A DNA stretch of 64,000 bases from Pseudovirgaria hyperparasitica (Eukaryota), in the NCBI GenBank assembly GCA_010093815.1, contig ML996580.1; one strand, given 5' to 3'. Both the position numbers and the translations under genes were made by a program. The stretch's first letter is position 1. Each line of letters begins with the position of its first letter. The notes beneath the pieces are model-generated. The model worked only from the letters and a program-made list of their open reading frames with translations. It had not been told where the DNA came from and ran no database searches. Positions 35,430 to 47,151 of this stretch are shown one piece after another.

Positions 35430-38400
35430 ATGTCTTCCGTTGTCGATGCAGTCATCCATTCCGACGGTCCTCTCCCATCCAGCGACGGTCAGGCCGGTCG
35501 CCGGCGACGTAGCACAAATCGATCTTCTTCCAGGCCTCGGGGGCCTCCTTCAGAAAGCGCGGGCGCCAACAGTGATATTGATGGCTACGCTGAGGACGAA
35601 GTCGTCGGTGCGAGAGGTACTACTGGAAGAACATATACTGCAGGGCCTGATGCCGATATCCCAAGAGTAATCGATGTTACTGGAGAGGCCTTGTCGCAGC
35701 GGTTTGAGGAGTTCCTAGAAGCGTAAGAACTGCGAGGCATCATGGGTTTCTCTCTCCTAATAATATACCTCACTAGATACGCTGAAGACCCCTCTTCGTC
35801 CGGCGCACCAGCAAGCAGTATACAAACCGACAAATACTACGTCGCGCAAATACATGGGCTCAGAGTTTATAACCTTTCCACGCTCTATGTCGATTTCACA
35901 CACCTTTTGAGGCACGAAGATGGCGTGGTTGCAGCTGCTATTGCTGATGAGTACTATCGTTTTCTGCCGTACATGGTACGCGCCTTGCACAGCTTGATTC
36001 AGAAATACGAGCCACAATACTTCAGAGAGCATCGGCAACCTGCGTCGAATTCTTCTGCTACCAATGGATCCGTCGCTGGGAGCATGAGTAGCCAGAACGA
36101 TTCTACAGCGGACAAGACGCCGAATCAACAGACTGACAAGATCTTCACCCTTGCCTTCTACAACCTCCCTCTCGTGTCGCGCGTGCGACAGCTACGAACA
36201 ACATCGATCGGTAGACTGCTCTCCATATCTGGAACCGTTACTCGTACATCGGAAGTACGACCTGAACTGTCTCAGGCTACCTTTATTTGTGAGGTCTGCA
36301 ATACCATAGTTCCAAATATCGAACAGACCTTCAAATATACCGAGCCTACACAATGTCCAAACCGCACTTGTGGTAATCGTCAGATGTGGCGACTGGATAT
36401 ACGGCAGAGTACTTTCGTGGATTGGCAGAAAGTGCGTATCCAAGAGAACAGCTCCGAGATCCCTACCGGTAGCATGCCTCGCACAATGGATGTCATTCTG
36501 CGCGGTGAAATGGTCGACAGAGCCAAAGCCGGAGAGAAATGCATATTCACAGGAACAGTTATAGTGATTCCCGATGTGAGTCAGTTCCGGGTACCCGGAG
36601 TACGGCCACAGGCAGTAAGAGACGTAGGGAATGGATCTCGAGGTGGCGATGCAGGAGGAAGTGGTGTGAGCGGACTGAAAGATCTTGGTGTCCGAGACTT
36701 GACCTACCGCATGTCCTTCCTGGCTTGCATGGTCACGCCAGATACCTCTACACCAGGTCAATCTGCCCAGCAACATCTGAATGGGCAAGCTGGAAACATT
36801 CTAGCCTCGCTCAACCAGATTGCGCCTCTTGAGACCACTGCTACAGGTGAAGAAGCTCAATCCGAGTATCTTTCAACGTTGTCCCCCGCCGAAATCGAAG
36901 ACTTGCGACAGATGGTTCATCAGCCAAACATTTTCATGAGACTTGTGGATTCCATCGCTCCGATGGTGTATGGCCACCAGGTTATCAAGAAGGGGCTCCT
37001 GCTGCAACTCATGGGTGGCGTAAGCAAAGTCACACCTGAGGGTATGGCACTCAGAGGAGACATCAACATCTGTGTCGTTGGTGACCCAAGTACAAGCAAG
37101 TCGCAATTCTTGAAGTACATCTGCTCTTTCCTGCCTCGTGCCGTCTACACCTCTGGCAAGGCATCGTCTGCGGCCGGTCTGACCGCAGCCGTTGTGAAGG
37201 ACGAGGAGACTGGCGAATTCACAATCGAAGCTGGAGCCCTGATGCTTGCAGACAATGGCATCTGTGCCATTGACGAATTTGACAAGATGGATATCTCAGA
37301 TCAAGTCGCAATCCACGAAGCCATGGAACAGCAAACCATCTCCATCAACAAAGCCGGAATCCAGGCAACGCTCAATGCTCGCACATCGATTTTGGCTGCC
37401 GCAAACCCGGTTGGGGGCCGCTACAATCGTAAGACGACTCTGCGCGCCAATGTCAACATGAGTGCGCCCATCATGTCTCGTTTCGATCTCTTCTTCGTCG
37501 TTCTTGACGAATGCGAAGAGAGTGTTGACCGTCACTTGGCCGAACACATCGTAAATATCCATCGTCTGCGCGACGATGCCGTGCAACCACAGTTCAGCAC
37601 CGCCCAGCTGCAGCGTTATATCCGCTTTGCGCGAACATTCAAGCCTGAATTCACACCGGAAGCGAAGCAGACTCTGGTCGAGAAATATAAAGAGCTTCGT
37701 GCCGACGATGCCCAGGGCGGCATTGGCCGTAACAGCTACCGCATCACAGTCCGCCAGCTTGAGAGTATGATTCGTCTCAGCGAAGCCATCGCTAAAGCTA
37801 CCTGTGTGAGTGAGGTGACGCCTGAATTCGTACGCGAGGCATACAATCTCCTGCGCCAAAGTATTATTTCGGTCGAGAAGGACGACGTCGAGGTCGAAGA
37901 CGACGAGGATGCTGAGCAGGCAGGGAATGCTAATGCTGATGGAGACACGCCCATGGCTGAGGACGAGGACGAAGATATGGACGAGGCAGGGCCTGCAAGG
38001 AGAGAGCCAAGTGCCACACCTGCTAGAGATGCAGGGGCCAAGGAGAAGACGAAGATCACTTACGACAAGTACATGTCTATTCACAACTTCATGGTACGCA
38101 AAGTCAACGAGGATCAACGAGAAGCGGAAGATGGTGTCGAGGAGGAGGACCTTCTGGTGTCGTACCTCGAGTCCAAAGAGCACGAGCTGGAGACGCAAGA
38201 AGATATGGAAACAGAACGGACGCTCGCAAAGAAGGTGGTGCGGAGGATGGTTAAGGTATGTTTGATTCTAGGGTCGATACCCTCATTTGAGAGGAGCAAG
38301 CTAACAGCTGGCGCAGGACAATATTCTTATGCGCATCCGTGGCGAAGGACTAGCAGACGAGCAAGGCCAGGGTCTGGACATGGACGGCAAGATTGTCTAT

Positions 38401-38436
38401 GTGCTGCATCCTAATTGCGCGGTCGATGATATGTAG
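35430..38436 (+). CDS. MCM6: DNA replication licensing factor Mcm6, 3 exons (35430-35722, 35777-38255, 38317-38436)
   Basis: GTVTRTSEVRPEL, zinc finger CEVC...CPNRTC, Walker A GDPSTSKSQ, IDEFDKM, arginine finger SRFD, ITVRQLESMIRLSEA. The spliced last exon ends IVYVLHPNCAVDDM. Confidence 0.97.
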
Positions 38437-38904
38437 CTGGGTCTATGAATAATGACGGTATAGCTGGGGGCATGGCGGTCGCAGGCTTAAAACGAGGCGG
38501 TGTTGAGGAGCCATGTTTGACCATCACTGCATTGTTTGGCGTTCAAGTCTACGATACCTTTTTCTAGAGTCGCAATAAGAAGTTTTCAGTTTGATTCTCT
38601 TTCTTTCTGCGTTGCTTTCGTCTGTATGTCCGCATACTCTACCAAGCTCCTGCACAAGTTGTACAAAACACCCTTTCATACCTTCCAGCACAGCTGGATC
38701 TCTCCTGGCAGTCGTCGCAATTCCACCATGGCGGGAGCCTCAGACTTCAGGGCATCTCTTGCCGTCGCCCGAACACACAAGGAAGTCGTTATCGAATGGA
38801 AGAACCCAACCAATATCTTCTCAACCGGTCCCCAAGTCCAGCATCCACTCTTGATCCATCCATCCATCATTACAAACCATTCCGTTCCCCCATCAACATC
38901 AAAC

Positions 38905-40689
38905 ATGGCTGTCGCCCTACCACAGTACAACTGGATAATCGCCATCATCTCAATCGCTTTCTGCTTTTCATCATTCTTCAACGGCGCCAACGATGTCGCC
39001 AACTCGTACGCCACCTCGATCGCAGCGAGATCGCTCACAATGCCCGAGGTCGGCATCCTCTCTATCATCACAGAGTTCGTGGGCGCCGTGGCCCTCGGCG
39101 GCCGTGTGATTGGCACTATTCGAAATAACATTATTGACATTAGTCGCTACGAAGAGCGCCCGGCTACGCTGTTGTTGGGCATGGGCTGTGCTGAGGCCGC
39201 GTCGGCGACGTGGCTGTACCTTGCGACGATGTGGGGATGGCCTGTGTCTACTACGCAGACGATTGTCGGTGCCCTGGTTGGCATGGGAATCGCGTCTAAT
39301 ACTAGGATTGCGTGGGGGTGGTCGAAGGGCAGTGTCTCGCAGATTGCTGCGTCTTGGGGAGCGGGACCTGTTGTTGCGGGTGCGATTTCGGCAGCTCTGT
39401 ATAGTACGCTCAAGTTCGGCATTCTTGAGCGGGAGAGGTCGTTTGAGAGGGCTATGGCGGTCATTCCTTGGTATCTGGCCTTCACCGCGGCGGTGCTCGC
39501 GCTGTTCATCACGATTGAAGCACCGGGTGTTGGCTCGCCTGAGGAACTGGGAGCTGGCCGTGCTTGTGGTATTGTTTTTGGAGTCTTCCTCGGAGTACTC
39601 GTCATTGGCTACGTTTTCTTCAAGCCGTATTTTCATCGTCGACTCGTGCTACAGGATGCACGATGCAGGGTCTACCATCTCCCTCTTGGCCCGCTGCTGT
39701 ACCGGAAGGATCCTCCACTGTATTTCCCAGGTAATCCCGACGGCGAGGTCGTGATAAACTACTACGCACAGTCTCCTGAGGAGGACCGAGAGAAAAGCTT
39801 CGTAGTCATCAGAAAGCCAAACCCAGGTATGCTCGAGCCTCATCCTAGCAACAGGACATCCGAAACAGCAAACAGCAACAGGGCATCTAGAGCCGAAAGC
39901 AGCACAGTAAATGGCCTCAACAGCGTCAACAGCTACAACGCAGCCAACCCACGACAAGCAAACAAAGCAGGCGAAGCCGGCATCAGCACACGCAAGCCTC
40001 CCCTCGAGCCAGAAGTCCGCTTCCTCGCATCCACAGCCGACCTCCCACTCTACCGCCCAGCTCGACTATGGGCCTACACAAAATACCACCTCCTGCAAGG
40101 CGTCACGCGAGACTGCGTCAGCCACGCGGACAGCCACGTGCAAGCAGTGCACGCCCGCGCCAAACGCTACGACAACCGCGTCGAGCACCTCTGGACCTAC
40201 GCCCAAGTCGCCTCGGCCATGATGATGTCAATCGCGCATGGCTCCAACGACGTCGCCAACGCCGTTGCCCCCTGGGCCACGGCCTACGGCATCTACCAGA
40301 CCGGCCTCGTGTCCGAGGGCAGCAAGACGCCTACGTGGATCCTCGTTGCGGCTGGCGCCCTGCTCGGCATCGGGTTCTGGTTTCAGGGCTACCATATCAT
40401 TCGGGCCATGGGCAATAAGATTACGCAGATGAGTCCGACGAGGGGCTATGCGATGGAGCTGGGCACGGCGATTACGGTTCTGATTGCTAGTCGGATGGGC
40501 TTGCCGGTTAGTACGACGCAGTGTCTTACTGGGGCGACGATTGGGGTTGCGTTGATGAATCTGGATGTCAAGGCGTTGAATTGGAGGCAGATTGGCTTTA
40601 TTGGTGTTGGGTGGGTGTTGACGCTTCCGAGTGCGGGATTGTTGGCGGGTTTGGCGATGGGGATGGCGCTGAATGCACCGCATTTTTAG
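38905..40689 (+). CDS. PHO89: Na+/phosphate symporter of the PiT (PHO4) family
   Basis: Signatures GANDVANS and HGSNDVANA, two PVSTTQ motifs, GNKIT, many TM segments. ATG at 38905 (MAVALPQYNW) is the likely start. Confidence 0.93.
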   Translation: MAVALPQYNWIIAIISIAFCFSSFFNGANDVANSYATSIAARSLTMPEVGILSIITEFVGAVALGGRVIGTIRNNIIDISRYEERPATLLLGMGCAEAASATWLYLATMWGWPVSTTQTIVGALVGMGIASNTRIAWGWSKGSVSQIAASWGAGPVVAGAISAALYSTLKFGILERERSFERAMAVIPWYLAFTAAVLALFITIEAPGVGSPEELGAGRACGIVFGVFLGVLVIGYVFFKPYFHRRLVLQDARCRVYHLPLGPLLYRKDPPLYFPGNPDGEVVINYYAQSPEEDREKSFVVIRKPNPGMLEPHPSNRTSETANSNRASRAESSTVNGLNSVNSYNAANPRQANKAGEAGISTRKPPLEPEVRFLASTADLPLYRPARLWAYTKYHLLQGVTRDCVSHADSHVQAVHARAKRYDNRVEHLWTYAQVASAMMMSIAHGSNDVANAVAPWATAYGIYQTGLVSEGSKTPTWILVAAGALLGIGFWFQGYHIIRAMGNKITQMSPTRGYAMELGTAITVLIASRMGLPVSTTQCLTGATIGVALMNLDVKALNWRQIGFIGVGWVLTLPSAGLLAGLAMGMALNAPHF

Positions 40690-41393
40690 GACATGTGGCG
40701 GGCTGTGGTGGATTTGCTGCGCGATAACGTGTGTGTGTGTGTGTACGTGTGTATGTGGATTATGTGGCATAGGCTTGGGTTTTCAGGGGGGTGCTGCGAG
40801 GTATCTTTTCTTTCTTTCTTTCTTTGTTTCTGAAGTCAGGGACTCGGTATTGTATCCTCGCTCCAGAGGAGATATGATTAGCTTAGCTGTGTGTTTTTAG
40901 AATAAATACTACATGCAAGTGTACTCTATCCAGTTTAGTCTTTTGTTTTTCAACCTAAGGCCAAGCCCATTGAATATGCACTTTAGAGGTAGGTCAATAG
41001 GTAGGTAGGTAGGTAGGCAGGTGCATGAGGGACCCTTGGGAAGGAGAGCATGAAATGACGTCTAGCTAGATGCAGGTCACACACACCTCACACACACCTT
41101 CTCACACGCGTTCGTTGGTTGGTTCAGCATGGGTATGGATATGGACATGATGGGCAATATGATGACGTATTTTTTTGCGTGTGACTAATTAGGTTCTCCG
41201 GCTTGTGTGCATTGATTCGGATATACGGGACTGGGTTGGGCTGGACTGACTGGTTGGCTGGCTGTTCGTGATAATTACTTACTTACTTACTTAGTATATA
41301 TATACATAGCACATACGAGGACTGTTTGACTCCGCGTTTCAGGACAAACTTCAATGTAATGGAAGCAGTGGTGGGTGTTGCGTACGGGAGAAG

Positions 41394-41470
41394 AAGGAAG
41401 GAAGGAAGGAAGGAAGGAAGGAAAGAAAGAAGGAATGAAGGAAAGAAGGAAAGTAAGAGACAAAGAAAGA
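41394..41470. repeat. (GAAG/GAAA)n purine tract
   Basis: aaggaaggaaggaagg...gaaagaaaga. Confidence 0.85.
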
Positions 41471-44400
41471 AAGTAAAATACAGGTAAAATACAAGAAAAC
41501 GACTAGTATTAAAAACAACCCTCCAAACCAAAAAAAATTGTGAAAGGTAATTATATCCGTTTTGTTTTGTTTTTTGTTTTGATTTATTTGCTGGGGGCCA
41601 AAGAAACCAACAACACCCCGGCGGTCCTTTTTTTTTTCTGTTGTGTGCACAACAACACCGGTGTTGAAAACTGAGATGGGTTTGGGGGGGGATATTCTGA
41701 AGATCTGGGTGGTTGAGGTAGTAGAGGTTCTGATGGATGTGCTGAGGTGCACTTTTATGTGCTTGATTGATTGATTGAGCCTGGGGATTGATATATATAT
41801 CACGACGAGACGAGCGTTTGGGAACTTGTTGGTGTTTGTTTGTTTTTTTCAATCAGTCATTTCTTCTAGTATGTATAAGTCAGATCGGGCCTTTGAATCT
41901 GCTGTTTCGTTCAGTTGTGATCCTGCCCGCTCTGGAGGAGGGAATTGGTTAGGGCTGAGGAATGGACCAGTGACTTCGCTGCTGGTGGTAAATGGGATGT
42001 AGTTATTTCGTCAGTCAGTCCGTTCGTTCGTTCGTTCTTTGTTCACTGCTGAGGAATTACTATGGGGGTGTGATGGCTGGGCAAAATGTCATGGTGCACC
42101 TAGCCCAACCATCACGCAAAGTCTACGCGTCAGGATTCCGTTCCTGCCTCGCTCTCGCCGTCTTCTTGTATACGAGCATCTCCGCGGATGTGTAGCGGTA
42201 GGAAATGATTTTGAGGGGGGGTGGCTCTGCTGAAGCTCTGCTCTGCTCTGCTTTAGGACGTAGCTGTGCTTCCGGAGTCACAGCAGACAGCACATGTCCG
42301 ATACATACATACTTAGAGCATCACCACGCGAAGGAAAAGCACACACACGCACACACACACACACACACACAAGGGCCGGCAATCAGAGATCCCGTTGCTG
42401 TCACTCACCAATTGCCACCGGGGATACAACTTCCATATCAGGTATCAGTGAGCATGAATCAGCGAGAGGCTCTCGGAGACGCGGGCAATTTTCCCAAGAT
42501 GGTCTCTTGCTGGGCAAGCGGGGAACTTGTGGGGATGGAGATATTTTCTTTTGAAGTCGCTCGTCGATCTCGTGGGGATGCCGGATTTTCCCATTTATTT
42601 TTGGGGAGGCTCGCTCGTCGATCACATCCATCTTGTCCGCGGATGGCTCCACTGGGGAGTTTCGTAAGTTGTGGGTAATTAGGTCGGGGAGTGAGTGGGA
42701 AGCGAAGGATGATGATATGCCTGTTGTGCAGCAGGGCTGCTGCCACGGCGAGGGCGAAAGGCGAGGCGGGTGGGGCAGAATGCAGCGGAACGGACATGAT
42801 GCAGTGCAGTAGAGTACAGTATGTTAAGCTGGGGCTGGGTCTGTCGGTGAGTTTCGACAAGCAGTGAAGATCGTGCAGGAGCAGTGCGTTTGAGCATGCG
42901 CGATGCGATCTGAGAGCACGAGGATATTAATAGCTGAAGGTTTGTGTTGATGAATAACAGTTAGGTTCCAGAACAATGATCAGGCAGGACACGTGCCAGA
43001 ATGAGCCGCATCCACATATCAGTCCGAATGCCATTGCTGCATATAGTATCCATGTAACCGTCTGGTCGGTCCCCAATGACGGGCTTGGGACAACAAAAAG
43101 GCTTTCCTGACCCACGTATAATGACAAGACTGATTTCCACACTGCAGCTGCAGGGGCGTGCGAAGGTGTAACTTTTGGTTCCCGAATAGGCAATGCTCCA
43201 GTACAAGGCTATGGATTGACCGCTTAGTTCTGCCAGATGTTGGGTGATAGTCCGACGTTTGACAGGGGGTCCCTGCTTGACGTTGCCGGGATCTTTTTAC
43301 CGAGTACGAGAGAGATTCGTTCGTACATGGTCCGGCAGCAGGCTTGAAGGCTAGAAATTGTAATCCGGTGCCAGCGGCATCGATACGAGCTGTCAAAAGT
43401 CAGATCGACATTCCTTAGCTATTCTTTGCAGTTCAAACATCATGTTGTGCTCAGTACGTTTGGCAATCTCACGACAGCTTGTAATAGGGGCTCTTCAGCC
43501 TTCTTGCCGATCTGCAGCGGAATCCGGGGAGTAATAACGGACCGCTGTACCATCAGGAAGTAAAGCCGGAAAAGCAAGTGGGTCATGGCATTGACGCATG
43601 GTCTGGACTGGGCGGTCGATTCAACGGTTTCGAATTATTCTTCTGAAGCACTTGGGACGGTTTGCTGTCTAACGATGGCAATTGCATGATTTATGGCTCT
43701 AGCCTGGGCCACCATGCCCTCGCGAGCAACAGGCACCATCGACACCGCTTCAGGAAAGAGGACCGCATGTACTATCAGAGGTCTGGTGACAGAATCAACG
43801 CATGAGTCTGCTGTACTACTGTGTAGACATTAACGCCCTGAAGCACGTGGGTCTGTACTGGTAAACTTTCCAAATGGTCACACAGTTCCACAGCATCCAT
43901 GAAGAAGCGAGTCCTGAAAGCGAAATGAAGAAGGATGCACAGAGCAATCGGAACATGACTTCCTTGCAATTGGCATGGATTAGACTTCTGCCTCGATCTT
44001 GACCAGTGGAAATGGTTAGCTGCTCCACGCTTCAAGATTTGACTGAAATGATGCGACGAACAGAGAGGATTTTTCGAAAAAGTGTGGATAGGCTTGGCAT
44101 GGCAGACAAGCACACGGGAGCATGCGCTGAAGGCCTAAGCTACTTTTCGAAGACTGTACGACTCGTGAAGTAGGAGAAGTCCCAAAGACTGGAATCTATC
44201 TGTCAGCATACGAGAATGGCCTTGAAGACGAATGGTAAGTGGCAGAAAGGGCAATGTTGACATAAGGATCGGTTGATCGCCATGGCACTGTTGGTGCGAG
44301 ATTTGTCAAGCATCCGCCTGTGGTGAACTTGGCAGACTTAAGATGGTATGTGTCCGTGCTCTTGAATGGCCATCCATTTGAAGAAGCACGCGCAAAAGCA

Positions 44401-45915
44401 GAATTGCTACTCTCTGCCTCGCATCAACACATGACTGATGGAAGTTGGCGATGTGTGGGCTCTTGGAATAGGCGCCGGGAACAGGGCGCAGATTGAGTCG
44501 CGACAGACGTCAAGCGAACGGCCACGACTTGCCCAGCAGCATCGTCAGACCCAGGCGAGTGGGAAGATGAGACAAGTGGCATAGGTTGTAGGCATTAAGC
44601 ATGCAGGCATAATGCAGGCGTCCCAGCAATCTGAGCAGGCAAATGGATGGTCGGCGGAGGCGAGCTGGCCAGTGGGCGTCACGACCGGTAGCCGCGAAGG
44701 TATGATTCGTCTGATGCTGGCCTTGTGGCTTCTTCACCACAACAACAAATCATATTATGGATGGATGCATAGTTGTGCAATCCCAGCATGCAGCAGATGC
44801 AGCAAGTTGATGCTGATTGTGTTGATGTATGTGACGAGGGTGTGGCGTTTGGCGTTTGGCGTTTTGTATCGTAGAGGTGGAGCGGTCAGTCGAGCCGGAG
44901 AGGCGTGAACTCTCTCTCTCTCTCTACGTACAGTTACAAGACTCAACGAATGACGGAGCTTCAATTTCCGGTGTTTCCAGCCGAGAGAGGCAAAGCCAGA
45001 TAGGATGGTCGGAGACAGAGAGCGAGGAATGGAGATGTTGAGAGGCTGGCGAGAAGACGAGAGTGTAGAGAGAGAATGAGAGATGAAGGCACGGCTGCAG
45101 GCTGCGGGCACAGGACAGGCTGCCCAGTGCAGCGGAGCGGACATGAGAAGCTAATTATGTATACTGTATTAGTATGTATTACATAGCTGGCGTTGGCGCT
45201 CGCACTGGCGCATACCAGCGTGTTGGTGCCAGTGGGGCTCTTTTGCCTGTAACTACATACCATTCTACGCCGCCCCGGGGCTGGGGAGTGATACTCAGAT
45301 ACCGTCGATTGTAGGGCTAAATGGCGCCCCCCCGATCCCCCGTCACTACTGCCTTTTAGCTGCCTTACTCCCCTCTCTCCGGCTGGCCCTCCCCCCCCCT
45401 GGTCGCCCGGCTCGCTTTGCCTGCTCAAACATACAGTCTCTATAAGGTTACCTTCCAGGTTAAACTATTACAACCGCTATCCCATGCCCATTCAATTATC
45501 CACTGCTCGCCCCCCTCCGCCTTTTCTGCTTCCCTTATTACCATCTCGACTTCTTCTTCTTCTTCTTCTTCTTCTTATCACCTCCTCGCCGCTCTTACGC
45601 CCTTTCGTCCCTGGTATTAATCTCTCTATATCTTGACACATGGAGCCGCCCAAGACCGTGTAACCGGATCTACACCCTTTCTCTGCCTCGCCCCCCCACC
45701 AAACTCATCGTTCGCTGCCCGGTCCTGAGGCTCGGTCTATAAGCACCCACTTCTCCCGGCGCGCTGGTATCGCGAGATCATCTGTCCCAGTGCTGTCAAC
45801 CCTAACCCATATCTGGTATTCATGGACCAGGAATCGCCTTCTAACAAGGACAAGTGATTGCAGTGTCCTGTCAATCCCCCCTAGGACAGCCCTGTTTACT
45901 ACCACACTGCACACA

Positions 45916-47151
45916 ATGTCTAACCAGCCTGCCTCCTCACCGGCTGCTGTCGATTCATCTACGGACAAGAGACGAAGCTTTGGCAGATATGTCAAGAGAT
46001 TGAGCTCCGTGTTGCGAAGAGGCAGCTCCAAGAATGCAATGCCTGGCTCGTCCTCAACTGCACAATCTGCTGCTGCGTCTGCTACACCGGTAACCACAAC
46101 TACGGCTGCTATAGCTCCAATTGCCGAGACAATGTATGCGCCCTCTGCTGTAGCCTCTCAAAAAGTCCAAGTTGCTGACATGCTCCATAGCGATGAGCTA
46201 CCAATACCACAGCCTCAGCTTGTATCAACCTCTGCCAGCCCGTCAACAGTCCCGGGAGCATATGCTAAGAGCGCGATTCAGCAAGAACGCGCACGCGCAC
46301 TCTTTGCGAAATACGGGTTGACGTTGGAGGCTCATGAATGGGTGGCTACAGCTACTACTACCCATGTCCAAAGAGTTGAGAAGCCAATTCGTATGCGCGT
46401 CCATCGAACGTGCCACAAATGCGAGACTTCATTTGGCTTGGACAGGTCGTGCAAGAACTGTGAACACCGGCGCTGCAAGAAGTGTCCTCGATACCCACCG
46501 AAGAAGGACCGGACAGATAGGCCAACGGAGATCGAAGATATCCAGATGCAGACGGCTGACGCTATCGGAGAACTGAAGAAACGACGAAAGAGTAGCACTC
46601 CATACTTGACAATCACGAGCAAGTCGGGCGGAGAACTGGTTTACGCTCCAACCCGACAGCGGATCCACCGAACGTGTCACAAATGTCACACTCACTTCCA
46701 GCCTGTCACCGCCGCAGTATGCCACCATTGCCAGCACTCGCGATGCACCAAATGTCCGAGAGAACCGGCAAAATCCAAGAAATGGCCCGAAGGCTACCCG
46801 GGAGACGCGCCATATGAAAGCTCGGAGGAAGAAATGCCCACCATAAATCGAACCTGGAAGAGGCCGCGGCAAAGGATTCGATGGACGTGCTGTTGCTGCG
46901 AAAGCCTCTTCACCACAGGTTCGAGGACTTGTACGTGCAGTCATGAGCGCTGTGAGACGTGCACACGACAACCGTAAGTGGCTGGATGATCAAAAATGGA
47001 TCTCAACAACCTCACAAAACTAACGAGCTGCAGTCCCAAAAAACCAAAAAAAGAGTTTGACCCAGAAATCGTCAAGTCGGTCGAAGAGAAGCTGGAACGC
47101 TTCAGAATCGAACGCACGGCAGGCACGACCTCTCTTCCATCTTTCACTTAA
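45916..47151 (+). CDS. Uncharacterised protein with three Cys/His zinc-finger-like repeats, 3 exons (45916-46133, 46191-46973, 47034-47151)
   Basis: Repeats RVHRTCHKC...CKNCEHRRCKKCPR, RIHRTCHKC...CHHCQHSRCTKCPR and RIRWTCCCC...CTCSHERCETCTR. Introns gtatgc...gctgac...atag and gtaagt...actaac...cag. The last exon gives PKKPKKEFDPEIVKSVEEKLERF. Confidence 0.85.

Noticed and set aside
38536..38904. 123-aa N-terminal extension of the phosphate permease, and a CACGTG phosphate-regulon site upstream
   Set aside because: The extension starts at TTG and is not family-like; no CACGTG occurs between MCM6 and the permease ATG.
45798..45808. AACCCTAACCC (and TTAGGGTT at 50566-50573) as a telomerase RNA template
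   Set aside because: The first lies ~110 nt upstream of a protein start and the second is an 8-mer expected by chance; I recognised no pseudoknot or three-way-junction features. A covariance-model search would be needed.
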